From positions 78,492,001 through 78,556,000 of the forward strand of contig OX597824.1 of NCBI GenBank assembly GCA_951406725.2: 64,000 nt of DNA, in the 5' to 3' direction. The notes beneath the pieces were generated by a model that was not told where the DNA came from, made no database searches, and saw only the letters and a list, made by a program, of their open reading frames with translations. The DNA is from Octopus vulgaris (taxonomy: Eukaryota). Below, in pieces: positions 40,333-55,417 of this stretch (position 1 is the first letter of the stretch; the number at the start of each line of letters is the position of its first letter). A program made the translations under genes and the position numbers.

Positions 40333-41955
40333 TAATATATATAATTGCAATAATCTCTATCATATGCCAGTGACATTCGCATTATATCATAGAGATTAGC
40401 CAGTAGAATATCTTGGATTATATATATGTGTGTGTGTGTGAGAGTGAGAGGCAGTGTGTTTGTGAGTATGTGTGTATACCCCGGGCTTCCACACGGTTTC
40501 TGTCTATCAAATCTACTCCCAAGATATTAGTCGGACCGGGGCTATAACAGAAGATACTGGCTCAAGGTGTCGTGCAGTAAGACTGAACCCGAAACCATGC
40601 AGTTACAAAATGAGTTTCTTAATTGCACAGCCATATCAATATCATATCAAATGATTAGGTGGAGTAAGATAGTTAATGGGTGAATTATTTTACAGCCCTC
40701 AGAAGATTGAAATACAAAGCTGAGTTTCTTAGCGTTTGAACTCAGAACGTAAAGAACCACTGCAAATACACCAGGGAATATTGTCCGAAACTCAAAAGAC
40801 CCTGGCAATCCATCGTCATTAACGTCATAGAACTATCAATTTTCTCAGTGAAGAGGGCAATGTTGATTTTCTAATATTAGATTTTCGTCTAGACAAGTTT
40901 TATTTTACGGCAATTAACGGAGGTCATAAAATGAAAATAACTTCAGACTATGTCTGATAACTTTTGTTAATAGGATTATATCAATGGTGAGGATTAGTGA
41001 ATTGACAGGATTTGAGGACGAAAAATTTATTTTGCTCCATATTGTTATATCTCTTTGTTTTCTGTAGGCGGTTTTGTTTCTTTAGTATGTATATGACAAC
41101 TGTGTACTAGTCGAATTCTAAAAGTTATGCCTTTACTGTCTTCAGTAAAGGAATTATATATCTGGATATTGTAATCCTAGATACGCTTCGTTTTAAAAAG
41201 AAAAAAAGTGATATTTGAACGAGTAGAACGCCTACAATATTATGTATGCTTAGCGGAGCTAGACAATAACATTGGCAATGATGTTAGACTCGTAGATAAT
41301 ACATATCACTTAAATTCAATTCGAGTTTATAATGATTTATTAAGCGTTTGGTTGATGACTGGCTGGTAGAATGTCAAACAAGATACTGAACTGATAAGAC
41401 TTGTTCTTTTAAGAAGTCTATCATATAAACATCAACGGTTGCTACGAATTTGGAGGCGTGTGGCGTAATGGTTAAGGAGCAGCATTCACGATCGTAAGAT
41501 TGTGCGGTTTCGATTCCCCGACCGGGCGGTGCGTTATGTACTTGAACAAAGCGTTTTTTAAATTTTATTTTTCATGTTGCTCCACGACACACTGGTGTGC
41601 CACGAGACGATGCTAGGTGTGCGGAATGCAACCTCAAAATAATTTTCCCCTATACTTTTAATTCAGGTGTGCCGCCGAATTTTGAAAAAATATAAGTGTA
41701 CTGCAAGTGAAACAAGGTTGCGTAGCACTGTTCTGGTCCACTCAGCTGTACGTGAGTTCCAGCAATGACTGAAAAGTTAACTGACCTCTGGACATCTACG
41801 GGGGTAGCAGCGAATGTTGTAATTTCTATTCCTTATTCAATCACGGTTGATCAAAACCTACTTCATTTAATAAATCCCCCTATTTTTCTATTTTTAAGGA
41901 AATAGGACGATGGTGATTTCAGGGAGACTTGATTACTTTGGCTCATTAATATCGA

Positions 41956-42160
41956 CTAGATGAACCCGTGAATATTTCACAGAATTGATGGTAAATTTAT
42001 AGGGATATTTCTGAAAATTTTACCCAAAAGCTGTGAAAGTGCAGCCTGTGTTGTGTCTATATCAAAAGATAGTAGCTCATTTTTTAATCATTCAAAAGTG
42101 AAGGTAATTGAAATACGATAATTAGTTCATGCACTTTATTATACACTTTATATATTTTAT
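41956..42160 (-). mobile_element. Possible Helitron remnant
   Basis: Minus-strand end CTGTGAA atat TCACGG GTTCAT CTAG|T. Confidence 0.45.
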
Positions 42161-42328
42161 GCACGATTTTATAGACTTAATACACAACACTCTCCATCTT
42201 TCTCTCTCACTCTTCGAATTACCCTTTTTTTTTTCGCTCTTTGCTTTCCCTTCAACTAATCACATCAAAGCGTTACAGAAGGGCTAAGTAACGGAGTAAA
42301 AAAATTAATTTTAAGAAAAATTACACAG

Positions 42329-42796
42329 AAGTGGCTGTGTGGTAAGTAGCTTGCTCACCAACCACATGGTTCCGGGTTCTGTCCCACTGCGTGGCACCTT
42401 GGGCAAGTGTCTTCTACTATAGCCTCGGGCCGACCAAAGCCTTGTGAGTGGATTTGCTAGACGGAAATTGAAAGAAGCCCGTCGTATATATGTTTTCTAT
42501 TCCTGAGCGCCATACTAATACAATAGTTTGTTTGTACTCCACCTGCCTTCGTATTTTGTTTATTTTCGTAAACCTTCTTGTTATATATGTATGTATGTCT
42601 TTGTTTGTCCCCCCAACATCGCTTGACTACCGATGCTTGTGTGTTTACGTCCACATAATTTAGCTGTTCGGCAAAAAGAGACCGATAGAATAAGTACCAG
42701 TCTTACAAAGAATAAGTCCTGGGGGTCGATTTTCTCGACTAAAGGCTGTGCTCCAGCATGGCCACAGTAAAAATGACTGAAACCAGTAAAAGAGTA
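42329..42796 (+). mobile_element. SINE B with an H1-family fragment (42490-42580) inserted in its (TA)n core
   Basis: The insert matches the reverse complement of 8900-8990. Confidence 0.8.
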
Positions 42797-44277
42797 ATTC
42801 ACTCACCACTACTTCTCCCCCTCCCCATCCCATCTCATCCACTTTTAATGTTCTTGACCTTTAGGTTCTTCTCATCTATTCAAGGCACCGTGCAAATGTA
42901 CAGTTTGAGCAGATCTTGTATTCATACAACAAACCTACTAGCATAATTAAGTCTAACACTTTCTGTAATAAACACAAATATTTCGAAGCCATTACGCGTT
43001 GTAAATATTTCACTAAAAATTTTATTATAAATGTTTTCAGTTAAAATTACTATAAATTTACTGTTAAATTGAATTCAATAAAAATAAAATTCTCATTATC
43101 TTAAGATACAGAATAATAATTTTATTTTAGTTTTGTATTTAAATTTTTAAAGAGAAAATATGGCAGCTTATTAAAAAAATCATATGTGACCAGCTAAGGT
43201 ACTTCAAAGTTGATTTAAGTAAATTGGTAATTTTTTTTTCCTAATTGCTGAGTAACTCTCAATATAATGTTTCTTTGTAAGTAACTATTAATTTTGATTT
43301 TTGAATATTTATAAAAAAAAATTATACGATATACGTAATGCAATAAAGACGGGGGAAAAGTCACACTAATGCTGAATACAGAGAAAATATTAATACGAAA
43401 ACGATGTTTATAGAAGCGAAAATGGAAAATAAATATAATCAAACGCCACAATGTCATAAGGTTGATTGAATTTAAGATATTCTACTATAAAAAAATTAAA
43501 TATTTTAAAACCAAAATCAAGTATTAGAAAACAAATATTTCATTGATAATATTTTATAAACTTAATTGAATCAGCTTCAATCGTTCTTAGTCTTTTGTTT
43601 TATTAATATTTTTAGTTTAACATAATCTTTTGGAAAGAAAACATGGCCCAGAATATAAAATACGTAACTTTTTACCTTTCTTTCTTCTTCCATATTTGTT
43701 TCTGTCATTGGACTTCAGTCATGCTGAGAAACTACTTTGAAGTGTTTAGTCGAACAAATTGACCCCAGGACTCTTAAATATTACACAACAAATATTTCAT
43801 CAGAAATGTTTTATAACCTAATTAAATCAACTTCAACCTTTTCTCGATAATTTCTTTTAGTGTCAATTTTTGGAAAGAAAATATGGCCCGGAATAAAAGA
43901 ACTTATAGAATTTTTTACATTTGTTTCTTTCTATTTGAGTCACTCATTAGACTGCAGCCATGTTAAAAGGTTTGATAGAACAAATCGACCCCCCTACTAT
44001 TTTTCTTTTTCTTTTTTAAGTTTGGTACTTATTCTATCGATCGCTTTGCCGAAACGCTATGTTACGGTAACGTAAACCTAGGAATTGCAAAGCGAGCTGT
44101 GCTTTCACCATTCTGTAAATATTTAATTCTTTCACAATCATCGGAGCTCAAACTGCTACCCACGAACATACGTTCGTGAGATGGTTGTGATCCATGAACA
44201 GTTTTGAGTAGGAACCGAAAAGAGAACTATGAACACGCGATGCCATGTGCACATTGAATTCGTAACATGCAAGAGAA

Positions 44278-44883
44278 GAATCTTTTATACTCTAGGCACA
44301 AGGCCCGAAATTTTTGCGGGGGGGGGGGCAGTCGATTAGATCAACCCCAGTATGCAACTGGTACTTAATTTATCAACCCCGAAAGGATGAAAGGCAAAGT
44401 CGACCTCGGTGGAATTTGAACTCAGAACGTAAAGACAGACGAAATACCTATTTCTTTACTACCCACAAGGGGCTAAACATAGAGCGGACAAACAAGGACA
44501 GACCAAGGGATTACGTCGATTACATCGACCCAGTGCGTAACTGGTACTTATTTAATCGACCCCGAAAGGATGAAATACAAAGTCGACCTCGGCGGAATTT
44601 GAACTCAGAACGTAACTGCAGACGAAATACCGCTAAGTATTTCGCCAAGTGTGCTAACGTTTCTTATTTCTTTATTGCCCACAAGGGGGCTAAACATAGA
44701 GGGGAGAGACAAGGACATGCAAAGGGATTAAGTCGATTATATCTGGTACTTATTTAATCGAGCCCGAAAGGATGTAGGGCAAAGTCGACCCCGGCGGAAT
44801 TTGAGCTCAGAACGTAACGGCAGACGAAATACTGCTAAGTATTTCGCCCGGCGTGCTAACGTTTCTGCCAGCTCACCGCCTTC
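44278..44883 (-). mobile_element. SINE A trimer
   Basis: Three head-to-tail units. Confidence 0.85.
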
Positions 44884-45500
44884 GGAAGAGAGGAATAAAA
44901 CAAGTTATATGATTATCTGCATGCCACGTCTGACACTCCTATCCCGCAGCTTTGCTGCAATTTTCTTTTTACAAATGTAGCCGATGTACAGTTCAAACCA
45001 AATGGATATATCCTATGACTGATATCCATTTATAAACATTGCATAACTTCAATATCTTGAGTCACGTTAGTTCAGTACTTCTTCTTCCTTGCTACTCTTA
45101 CGCTTCTAATACCGATACATGTTATTTCCTAAACATCGGCAAACTAATATACTTCCTATTATTTATTTACATGCCTCACAGCAATCCTAAAACTTAGGAC
45201 CCTACCGAACCTTGGCCTCAATGTAGAAAAGTTGTACCTCAGGCGGAACAACGAAAACAAATTACCAGCTTAGCGCTACATCAGTCTATTACATACATTT
45301 GGCTAAAGGGTTAATATACTTAGACTAATATCGTTGTATTTGTTTACACAAGCTTCAACCACTTTCGACTTCATACTTTATTGATAATATGGATCTTCTC
45401 TGTGTATCATCTATCTGTATCAATCCTTTTCTCTCTCTCACTATCTCTCTTCCACCTGTCTGTCATACACAATCACGTTTTACATGTATATATATATATC

Positions 45501-45593
<93 letters not shown>

Positions 45594-46327
45594 ACAGAGA
45601 GAGAGAGAAATAGATACCGAGAGAGAGAAATAGATAGAGAGAGAGATAATAGTAATTGATTAAGTGATAAGAAGTAACTAATCGATATATATCCAATAGT
45701 CAAAATATTACACACACACACACGGAATTAGAAAATCAGGGCGTCGAACAAAAGTATCTTGTGACATTTCGCTCAGTAACAGTAAACTATCTTTGCGCCA
45801 GCTCGACTTTGCTTTGGCCAAAGACCATTGAATTGAACCACTAAAAGAATACATATATATATTCTTTATTACTATATTTATCTATATCATATTGGTGCAG
45901 CTCGGTGCGATTCCCCAAAACTGGTATTGCCAGCTGGCATCGGTACCATGCAGTTGAACTGAAACCAATGTGGTTGAGAAACAAACTTCTTACCACTCAG
46001 CAGACACACCTGCGCCTATATGACCGGTCAGAATGAAAAATAATTAGACATTTGGTACAACTCTCCGTCAGTCTAAATACCTAATATTAATCAACAAACA
46101 TTTCCCTACTGACCATATATAATACAGACTGTTTGTCAAGAAGATATATAACAGCAAACCACAGCTTCATAAAAAAACTAAAACAAAGATGTCATAACTA
46201 TGAATTTCATATGTAGAAAGCTATGCAACATACCCGAAAATAGCTGAAATTGCACTGAATCGAATCAATGCTCGTTAAGCAGAGTGCCAAAAACAAAGAA
46301 ACAGTTTTTAAAACAACACTACTGTAA

Positions 46328-46387
<60 letters not shown>

Positions 46388-46410
46388 AAGAAGAAGAAAA
46401 AGAAGAAGAA

Positions 46411-46480
<70 letters not shown>

Positions 46481-46523
46481 AAGAAGAAGAAGAAGAAGAA
46501 GAAGAAGAAGAAGAAGAAGAAGA

Positions 46524-46555
<32 letters not shown>

Positions 46556-46727
46556 GATAATAATAATAATAATAATAATGATGATGATGATCATGATGAT
46601 GATCATGATCATGATCATGGTGATATTTGCAAACATTGCCTCGAAACAAGGTAGACATGAGAGCAAACATTTTAATTAAGATTTTTCATCTTCGACGTCC
46701 TCATGGTCATAATCAAAACAACGTTTC

Positions 46728-46777
<50 letters not shown>

Positions 46778-46899
46778 GTCATTAACATCGTCATCATTAG
46801 CATCGTTGCCACCACGACTCCCATCATAATAATCATCATTACAACGTTGGTATTGACGATGATTGTGTAATCATCGTCATCGTTATCAACATCATCATT

Positions 46900-46932
<33 letters not shown>

Positions 46933-47239
46933 TTCATCATCATCTTCGTTTTCACCATCGTCATCATCACCATCATCACCACAACCACCACTAACCCACT
47001 CCGTTTCCATTATCATAATTATCGTTATCTACTTGCTATCGATTGTCATCATGTTAGTGATGATTGTAATGATGACGATTATGATACCTGCATGCCTTAA
47101 AGAGAAGAACAATAAGAAGGAGTAAGAGGAAGAGGAGTAAAGATGATGATGAGGAGGAGGATGGTGGAAATGATGATTGTAATGAAGATGGTGTCTACAT
47201 ATTAATAATAGTTTTTGTTTAGTTGTTACCTCAATAATA

Positions 47240-47475
47240 TATTTCTTTATTGCCCACAAGTGGCTAAACATAGAGGGGGACAAACATGGACAGACAAAGG
47301 GATTAAGTCGATTACATCGACCCCAGTGCGTAACTGGTATTTAATTTATCGACCCCGAAAGGATGAAAGGCAAAGTCGACCTCGGCGGAATTTGAACTCA
47401 GAACGTAACGGCTGACGAAATACGGCTACGCATTTCGCCCGGCGTGCTAACGTTTCTGCCAGCTCGCCGCTATTA
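47240..47475 (-). mobile_element. Full SINE A with 17-bp TSD
   Basis: TTGTTACCTCAATAATA at 47223-47239 and 47476-47492. Confidence 0.92.
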
Positions 47476-47985
47476 TTGTTACCTCAATAATAGCAGTTGT
47501 AGTGGTGGTAGCAGCAGCAGTAGCCACAGTAGCATCAGACCAGTAGCAGCTATAGTAGTAGTAGTAGTAGTAGTAGTAGTAGCAACAGCAGCAGTAGCAA
47601 CAGTAGCAGCAGCAGTAGTAGTTGCTGTAGTAGTAGCAGCAACAGCAGCAGCAGTAGTAGTAGTAGTAGTAGTAGTAGTTGTAGTTGTTGTTATTGTTGT
47701 AGCAGCAACAACAGCAGCAGCAGCAGCCGTTCAAGAATTTGGACCTGGAGATCTCCATTTCCAGCGACTTCGAGGGCCACCTCCCAGTGGTGTCAGGCGT
47801 CAACGTAGAGCCCTCGACTACAACAAGACGACCAAAGTTTTTTTTTTCCCCCAAGGTTTGGGGTCTCCCGCTCCTAAGCCCTAGACCATCACCTAATCAC
47901 TCTTACCCGTCTTGTTGCTTAACAACAACAGCAACAACAGCAGCAGCAGCAGTAGCAGCAGCAGCAACGCAGCAACAGCAGCAGC

Positions 47986-48047
<62 letters not shown>

Positions 48048-50306
48048 CAGCAGCTGTTGTTTAGTCTCAAGTCAGTCTCGATCTAGTAAGACAATGACGA
48101 ATGACATTCCGGGTGCAACTACCCAGTAATTCTCTAATGTCACCCTTCAAAAGCAGTGGGGCGCGGGGTGTTATTGGAGGGACAATCGGCTGCTATTTCG
48201 AGCATGTCGAGAGTCGATGAGAGGCTTTCCTTATTCTTCCAGAAAGAACGCAACTCGTAATTCAGTTGGAGATCTCAGTTCTTCAATTGTCGGTTCCATT
48301 TATTCTCTTTGATTCTTATAACCATCAAAATTAGCAAGTGTTGTTATTGTTGTTGATGTTGGAGTCGTTGTTCTTGTGCTGTTGACGTTGTCGTCATTGG
48401 TGATGTTAATGTTGGTTCGTAATGGGGTTCGATGATGATGATGATGACGATGATGATGGCGACAACGACAAGGATTAAGAAAACTTAGAGGGTGAGAGGA
48501 GGAGGAGGTAGAGGAGAAAGAGGTAGTTCAGTAGAAAGAGATGGTAGTGGTGGAGGTATTAGTGGTAGGAAAATGAGGAAGTAGAGAAGGAAGAGTAGGA
48601 AGAAAGAGAGGAGTAAGAGGAGGGGAAGGGTGGGAGTCGTCGTCGTCGTGGAGGAGGAGGTGGGCGGAGAAGAAAGAGAAAAGGACGAGAAAGGAGGAAA
48701 ATCTTTCCAAAGATGGTAATAATGGTGATGAAGGGAAGATGACGCCGACGACGACGGCGATGATGATGATGAGGAGGAGGAGGAGGAGGAGGATGACGAC
48801 AATGTGGACGGCAAGTAAAATCTTTAGGAACAGGAAGCCAAGGCAGAGGGAGAGGGTAGGAAGAGAAGAAAAATGAGGTAGAAGGAAAGGAGGAAAAGGA
48901 GAGGAAGGAAGACAAGAAAGAAGTGGAGGTGGAGGTGGAGGTGGAGGAAGAGTAGGTGGAGAAGGGGGATAAAGAGAAACAAGAAAGAGAAGGGATGGTT
49001 ACAATGCTAATCACGATAATGATGACGACGATGACGACGGCGACGATATCAAAGAACATCTTTAGACACAAGAATCCGAGGTGGATGGAGAGAAGGGATA
49101 GAAAGGTAATAATGGTGATGACGGCGATGGCGCCGCCGCAGCCGCCGATGATAACGATGATCATGATGATGATGACGATGATGATGATGACGACGACGAC
49201 GACAACGACGACGGCGATGATGATGATAACGATGATGATGATGATGATGGTGGAGGTGGTGGTATTTAACCCACAGCTCAGCTCTAATCAACCGTTTCAA
49301 AGATCAAAGACTTTCCATTTATGATCATTTTCGTTGTCCTTGTGTATCTAAGGATGCGTTATTCAATGTAACTTCTCATTTCCTTTTCCCTCCTTTTTTT
49401 CCTCTTCTTATAAAATTGATAGGTTATGATTTCGAAGGTACTTTCAGCTGCTATTTCTAGCTAATCTAATGACCACATAGAAGATTTTTGATTAGTTCAA
49501 GCAAGGTTAATTACATATTGTGCTATAGAAGTCTCTAATTCACACATATCCTCTGATGTGTTGCGTCATATTTTGATTGCACTAAAAATGTCAAAGTGAC
49601 ATGATTTATATACCACATAAGTGTGATGTGATTGATGAATGATCAATAAGGACGGTGTGAGTTGAGGGAGATTTCGTTGTTACTTCTAGCAGGTCAAGTG
49701 ACTCGAATTGAATGGTTCAAGCAAGGTTAATTACAGATATTGTTATGCAGCATCTAATAAATAGCATATTCTGTGTTCTGTATATTAGTGATATTGGCGG
49801 CGGTGGCAGAGGCGACGGCGGCGCTGGTGGAGGAGGAGGCGGTGGAAGAGGAGGCGGTGGAGGAGGTTGTGGAGGAGGAGAAGAAGAAGGAGGAGGCGGT
49901 GGGAAAGGAGAAGGAGGAGGAGGAGAAGGAGGAGAAGGAGGAGAAGGAGGAGGAGAAGGAGGAGAAGGAGGAGGAGAAGGAGGAGGAGAAGGGAGGAGAA
50001 GGAGCAGGAGAAGGAGGAGGAGGAGGAGGAGGAGGAGGAGGAGGAGGAGGAGGAGGAGGAGGAGGAGGAGGAGGAGGAGGAGGAGGAGGAGGAGGAGGAG
50101 GAGGAGGAGGAGGCGGTGGTGATTGTGGTGGTGGTGATGGTGGTGGTGGTGGTGGTGGTTTTGGTGATGGTTATTGTGGTGGTGGCGATGGTGGAGGTCG
50201 GGGTGGTGGCGGTGACGGTGGTGGTGGGAGAAGGTAGTGGTGGTGTCGGTGGTGACGGTGACGGACGTTGATAAAGGGAAGCTTATACGGTTCAATATTT
50301 TGTTGC

Positions 50307-50337
<31 letters not shown>

Positions 50338-50402
50338 AGTGTTGTTCACGATAAGGAGGACGATGATGGTGTCGATGTGCATCATCATGTTAATGATACT
50401 AT

Positions 50403-50437
<35 letters not shown>

Positions 50438-50570
50438 AGGAGGAGGAGGAGGAGGAGGACGACGACGACGACGACGACGATGACGATGACGACGACGACG
50501 ATGATGATGATGATGACGATGATGGTGATGATGATGATGATCATCATAACGATGGTGGTGGTGGTGGTGG

Positions 50571-50603
<33 letters not shown>

Positions 50604-50653
50604 CGATGACGATGATGACGACGGTAATGTTGACGATGAAGAGGATAACAGGG

Positions 50654-50992
50654 TAAAGAGCCCCACCCCTTCGGTCATGAATGACAATGGGATTGCACTT
50701 AAACAGTTCCACCACCCCCACTCGAGGCAACAGTCCGAGCAAGGTTGTTTATGGAAGACCAGCAATCCAGCCTCCCTTCTCCACACCACTGATGTTGTCC
50801 AAAGGAAAGGCAAAGGGGCCGATACGGCTTGGCACCAGGAACATCACAACTCATTTCTTCAGCTGAGTGAACTGGAGCAATGTGAAATAAAGTGTCTTGC
50901 TCAAGAACACAACACGCAACCCGATCTAGGTATTGAACTCACTACCTCATGATTGCGAACCCGACGCCCAAACCACTGGGCCACGCGTCTTC
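50654..50992 (-). mobile_element. Family C-related SINE with the alternative tail seen at 3955-4242
   Basis: Shared GCCAAGC.GTATCGGCC...GCTGGTCTTCCATAAACAA. Confidence 0.7.
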
Positions 50993-51240
50993 ACAACATG
51001 GTGAAGATAATGATAATGACGATGATGGTGATAATGATAACGACAATGATGATGATGACGACGACGACGACGATAATTATGATGAGGATGATAATGGTGG
51101 TGGTAGTGGTGGTGGTGGTGGTGGTGGTGGTGGTGGTGATGATGCTGGTGGTGATGATGTTGATAGTGATGATGATGATGGTGGTGCGATGGTGGTGATG
51201 ATGATGGTGGTGCTGATGATGGTAATGATTATGATGGTGA

Positions 51241-51274
<34 letters not shown>

Positions 51275-51413
51275 GGTGGTGGTGATGATGATGATGAAGA
51301 CGAAGATGATGATGGTGATGATTATGATGATGATGATGATGATGATGATGAAGACGAAGACGATGATGATGATGATGATGGTGGTGCGATGGTGGTGATG
51401 ATGATGGTAGTGC

Positions 51414-51444
<31 letters not shown>

Positions 51445-51452
51445 GGTGGTGG

Positions 51453-51487
<35 letters not shown>

Positions 51488-51552
51488 GTGATGATGACGA
51501 AGATGATGATGGTGATGATGATGGTGATGATGAAGACGAAGACGAAGACGAA

Positions 51553-51619
<67 letters not shown>

Positions 51620-53268
51620 GTGATGACAGTGACGATGATGATGGAAAGTCTTAATTAGAATGTTTGCTTTCGTGTCTACCTAGCTTCCAACCAATATCTG
51701 TCTGCAAATATTTTTGTTACTATTGTTGCAGCGATTATTCCTGTTGTTCTTGTTCTTGTGGTATCTTGTAATCGATACTTTGGTCGATAGTGTGATTGCT
51801 GTTACTGTTGGTATTCCTGTTGGTATTATTGACTCTTTAGTTATTCGTATCATCACACTGGTTGTTGTTGTTGTTGTTGTTGTTGTTGCTGTTGTCGGTG
51901 TTGCTGTCGTTGTTGTTGTTGTTGATGTTTGACGTACTGTTTGCTCCTGTTTGTGATTTCTCCAACCGTTATCAAAGCTGTTTGGGGGTGGTTAGTGGTA
52001 GGGGGTTGTGCGTTGGTTTTGGTGAAATTGGTAACGGTGGCGGCGGCGATGCTAGTGGCGGCGGCGATGCTAGTGGCGGCGGCGATGCTAGTGGCGGCGG
52101 CGATGCTAGTGGCGGCGGCGATGCTAGTGGCGGCGGCGATGCTAGTGGCGGCGGCGATGCTGGTGGTGGTGGGGTGGCGGCGGCGGTGCTGGTGGTGGTG
52201 GTGGAAGTGGTAATTTGGTGGCGGTGGTGGTGGTGGTGGTGGTGGTGGTGGTTGTGGTGGTAATGGTGGTGGTGGTGTTAATGGTGATGGTGGTGGTGGC
52301 GGCGGTGGTGGTGGTGGCATAGGCGGCGGCGGTGGTGGTGGTAGTGGTGGTAATGGTGGTGGTGGTATTAATGGTAGTGGTGGTGGTGGTGGCGCTGGTG
52401 GCGCTGGTGACGGTGTTGGTGGTGGTGGTGGTGGCGGTGGCGTAGGCGGTGATGGTGGTGGTGGTGGTGGCGGTGGCGTAGGCGGTGATGGTGGTGGTGG
52501 TTGTGCAGGTGGTAGAGGTGGTGGCGGTGATGGCGGTGGTGGTAGTGGTTGTGGTGGTGATGGTAATGCTGGTAAAGGTGTTGTGTTGAGTGTGGTGATG
52601 ATGTTATAGGTGATGGTATGGATAGTGAGAGTAGTTGAGTTGGTGGTGCGAGCGATGGAGTAATTGTGGTACTGGTAGTGGTGATGATGTCGGTGGTGCT
52701 GCTGGTGATGGTGGTGATGGTGGTGATGGCGTTAGTTGCGATGGTTGTAGTGCTGGAGAATGTGTTAATTGTGATGAGTGTGGTAGTGATGGTATGGGTG
52801 ATGGTATGGATAACGAGGATGGTTGAGAAGGTTGTATGAGTGACGGAGTAATGGTGGAGGTGGTGGTGCTGGTGCTGGTAGTATGTATGGGGATGATGGT
52901 TGTAATGGTGGTAGTGGTTGAGGTGGTAGCGTGGGTGATGGTATAATTGTGGTGCTGCCGCATTTGTTGCGAATAATGTTTATAGTATGGATGGTAGTGA
53001 TGGTAGTGATGGTGAATGTAATAGCATGCTAGTTTTGGTTATTAGTGATAAGGATGGTGGGGTAGGTTGTGACGGTGGTCGTGGTAGTCGTAATGGTGGT
53101 TGGTTGTTACATAACATGATAGAAGCAGTTCCACACTGAAAACATTCTTTCTGTCTGTCTGTCCTGTTTGTCTTGGAGACAAAAAAGATATTTCTGACAC
53201 AGCACGGCCATTACCACTGCAGTAACAATAACAGCAACAATAACAACAAAAATCGAAATGATGATGGC

Positions 53269-53330
<62 letters not shown>

Positions 53331-53489
53331 CGATGATGACGATGACGATGATGATGTTGACGATGATGACGATGATGATGATCGTGATGATGATGATCCT
53401 TTCTACTCAAGTTTGAGAAGGACCTAGTCGATTACATTGAACCCAGTACTTAAACGGTAATAATAATAGTAATAGTAGTAGTAGTGAGT

Positions 53490-54315
53490 TCATTTATTTG
53501 CCACAAGGGCGAAGGATTAAGGGGACAATACGGAGACAGACATAAAGTGTGGGGGCTTACATAGAATAATGAAATGATAAAAAAAAATAAAGAGCAAGCT
53601 TTATGCACTGAAAAAGAAGGGACATATGAATAGCATACAAAGGTGAAAAGGAAAAAAGGAAAATGGTGGGGTGGATGATAGACATGGGGTCCTCCTGACA
53701 CAAAACGCCTCTAGGGATAACCGAGGAACCCCACTGTCTGATATTTCTCTGAAACCCTAAGAGTAAGTGCCCTCCCCAATTCCTTCTTTCCGATTCACAG
53801 GTCTACCTTAGTGAGGCACCATCCACTCTTGCCATTTTCGCAACTTTCACTCACCTTTCAATAAACTTACTCGAGGACAGCACTTCCCCCTCCACTCTCA
53901 ATTTCCTTTTCGAGTAAAACTTGAAAAATCAAGTGAGTGCTCTACTAAATGGTAATGTATCTGTCCTCATGCCTTTCAGCCTTGTCCACCAAATAACCTC
54001 TTTCGCCACAACCACCTGGTAAAGGAAAACTGCCTTGCCTGCCTGATTGAAGATGGGCGGCGGTGCGATTATCACTACAGACTCGAACAACAGACGGTTC
54101 CGTCCCACACGTGTCAGCTGCTGTTCGACATAACCCCAGAAGTCAGCAATGCCCGGACACTGAACGAGGGTGTGCAGATCGGTTTCGTCTGTCTGACAGC
54201 ACATCCGTGCTCGAAGAGTTTATCTCGAACCGGCAGCGCCTCCTGGTAGCACTGCCAGGCCAAGGACATCTGGAAATTATCCATGACAGTTTCCGACCGG
54301 AAAGTCCACAGATTT
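53490..54315 (-). mobile_element. 3' fragment of a Tx1/L1-clade LINE ORF2 with 3'UTR
   Basis: SLAWQCYQEALPVRDKL (zf-RVT-like), CQTDETDLHTLVQC knuckle, KEVIWWTR; the UTR ends GCCCTTGTGGCAAATAAA. Confidence 0.8.
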
Positions 54316-55199
54316 GCTTGTCAGTTGTTTGACCGTAACCAGTTGAGCATGTTCTTTGGTGGCTGACGATACGTGCAGCTCTGATCACGAACAGAAGTAG
54401 TAGGGGAACATCATAGCCATGTGCCGAGAGGAGTGTTTCGTTCAACTTCTTTAAACAACCCTTAATAAAGGACCATTTGAGTTGGATGGGCTACTCGACC
54501 TGAAGAAAATTCTAACTGGGCCCCACCTGCCAGGTCATGCGCTGTTTATCTTGATATGAGGTCACCATGTCACTGAGTTCCATCTCCGCTCATTGTTCAT
54601 CCGCTCCTATTCTTTGCCTGACGATGTAATAGTTACTGGAAGGAGATATCTGAGCTTCATTGCTAGTCGATTTCTGGAACTGAGGGCTATGCTAGCATTT
54701 CGGCCATCCTCAGAGCTGAGACTGGAAGTGAAATCAGTGATACAGCTCGTAATGCTCTGAAAACAAAAACTATGGGGTCAGCTGTTTTGCTGGCTCTGCT
54801 ATTCTCTGTTTCTCTGCGGGTTTTTTTTCTCAGGTTTTTTTTTTCTAAACAGGCCCTCATATGGCACACTTACTTGTACATGACTAGTATTTAGGCCTTT
54901 TTCTTTGCATTACTAGTCGCATGGCCTTTTCTTCCGCGCTGTCGACGAGAAACCACACCGAGAAAATGCTCCGTGGTCTTCGGACGCCATTAGGTCCGGT
55001 ATACGTATTATGACACATTTGTTGTTCCTAGTTACCTCTGAACTAGCTATCTGCCCTGCTGTGTCACAAGGGAGACGATGGGTAAGAGGAAAGTAGTTAC
55101 CGGCATCCTTCACCTTGTTCTTCGTACGCATATTCCCAAATATTGAATATCTATGAGCAGGGCGCTTGCTCACAAATATACATACATGTATAAATGTGT

Positions 55200-55352
55200 A
55201 TATCTCCCTGTTTCTTTCTGAGTTCCTTTCTGTGTAAGAGCGTAAACTCGAAACCTTAAAGACTTTTTTCATTTCCCGAACTTTAAACTAATACATCTGT
55301 TTGTTGTTTACACCACCTGTCTTCGTCTTTTGTTTTTTGTGAATTCTCCCTG
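55200..55352 (+). mobile_element. Family H1 unit with a decayed HHR (55226-55261)
   Basis: CTTT-CTGTGTA-A-GAG cgtaaa CTC-GAAA-CC-TT-AAAG; homologous to 8900-9090. Confidence 0.65.
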
Positions 55353-55377
55353 TATACACACACACACACGCACACAC

Positions 55378-55417
<40 letters not shown>

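Larger units (their letters stand above)
46327..53487. repeat. ~7-kb trinucleotide microsatellite domain (AAT, AAG, CAT/GAT, TAG, CAG, GAG, GGT) with embedded SINEs and an 18-bp repeat (GGCGGCGGCGATGCTAGT) x ~7 at 52036-52161
   Basis: Direct inspection. Confidence 0.93.

Noticed and set aside
44090-44150. Minus-strand CCGATGA...GAAA GC ACA GC TC motif
   Set aside because: Stem II is not flush with the core and stem I is weak; could be chance.
31464-53427. Poly-G/M/D/H/R/E ORFs up to 341 aa
   Set aside because: Trinucleotide repeats are open in several frames at once, with no domain or splice support.
54450-54572. Possible HDV-like ribozyme on the minus strand (GACCTG/CAGGTC, GGGCC/GGTCC pairings)
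   Set aside because: I could not place a convincing P3/L3/P1.1 by eye; needs a descriptor search.
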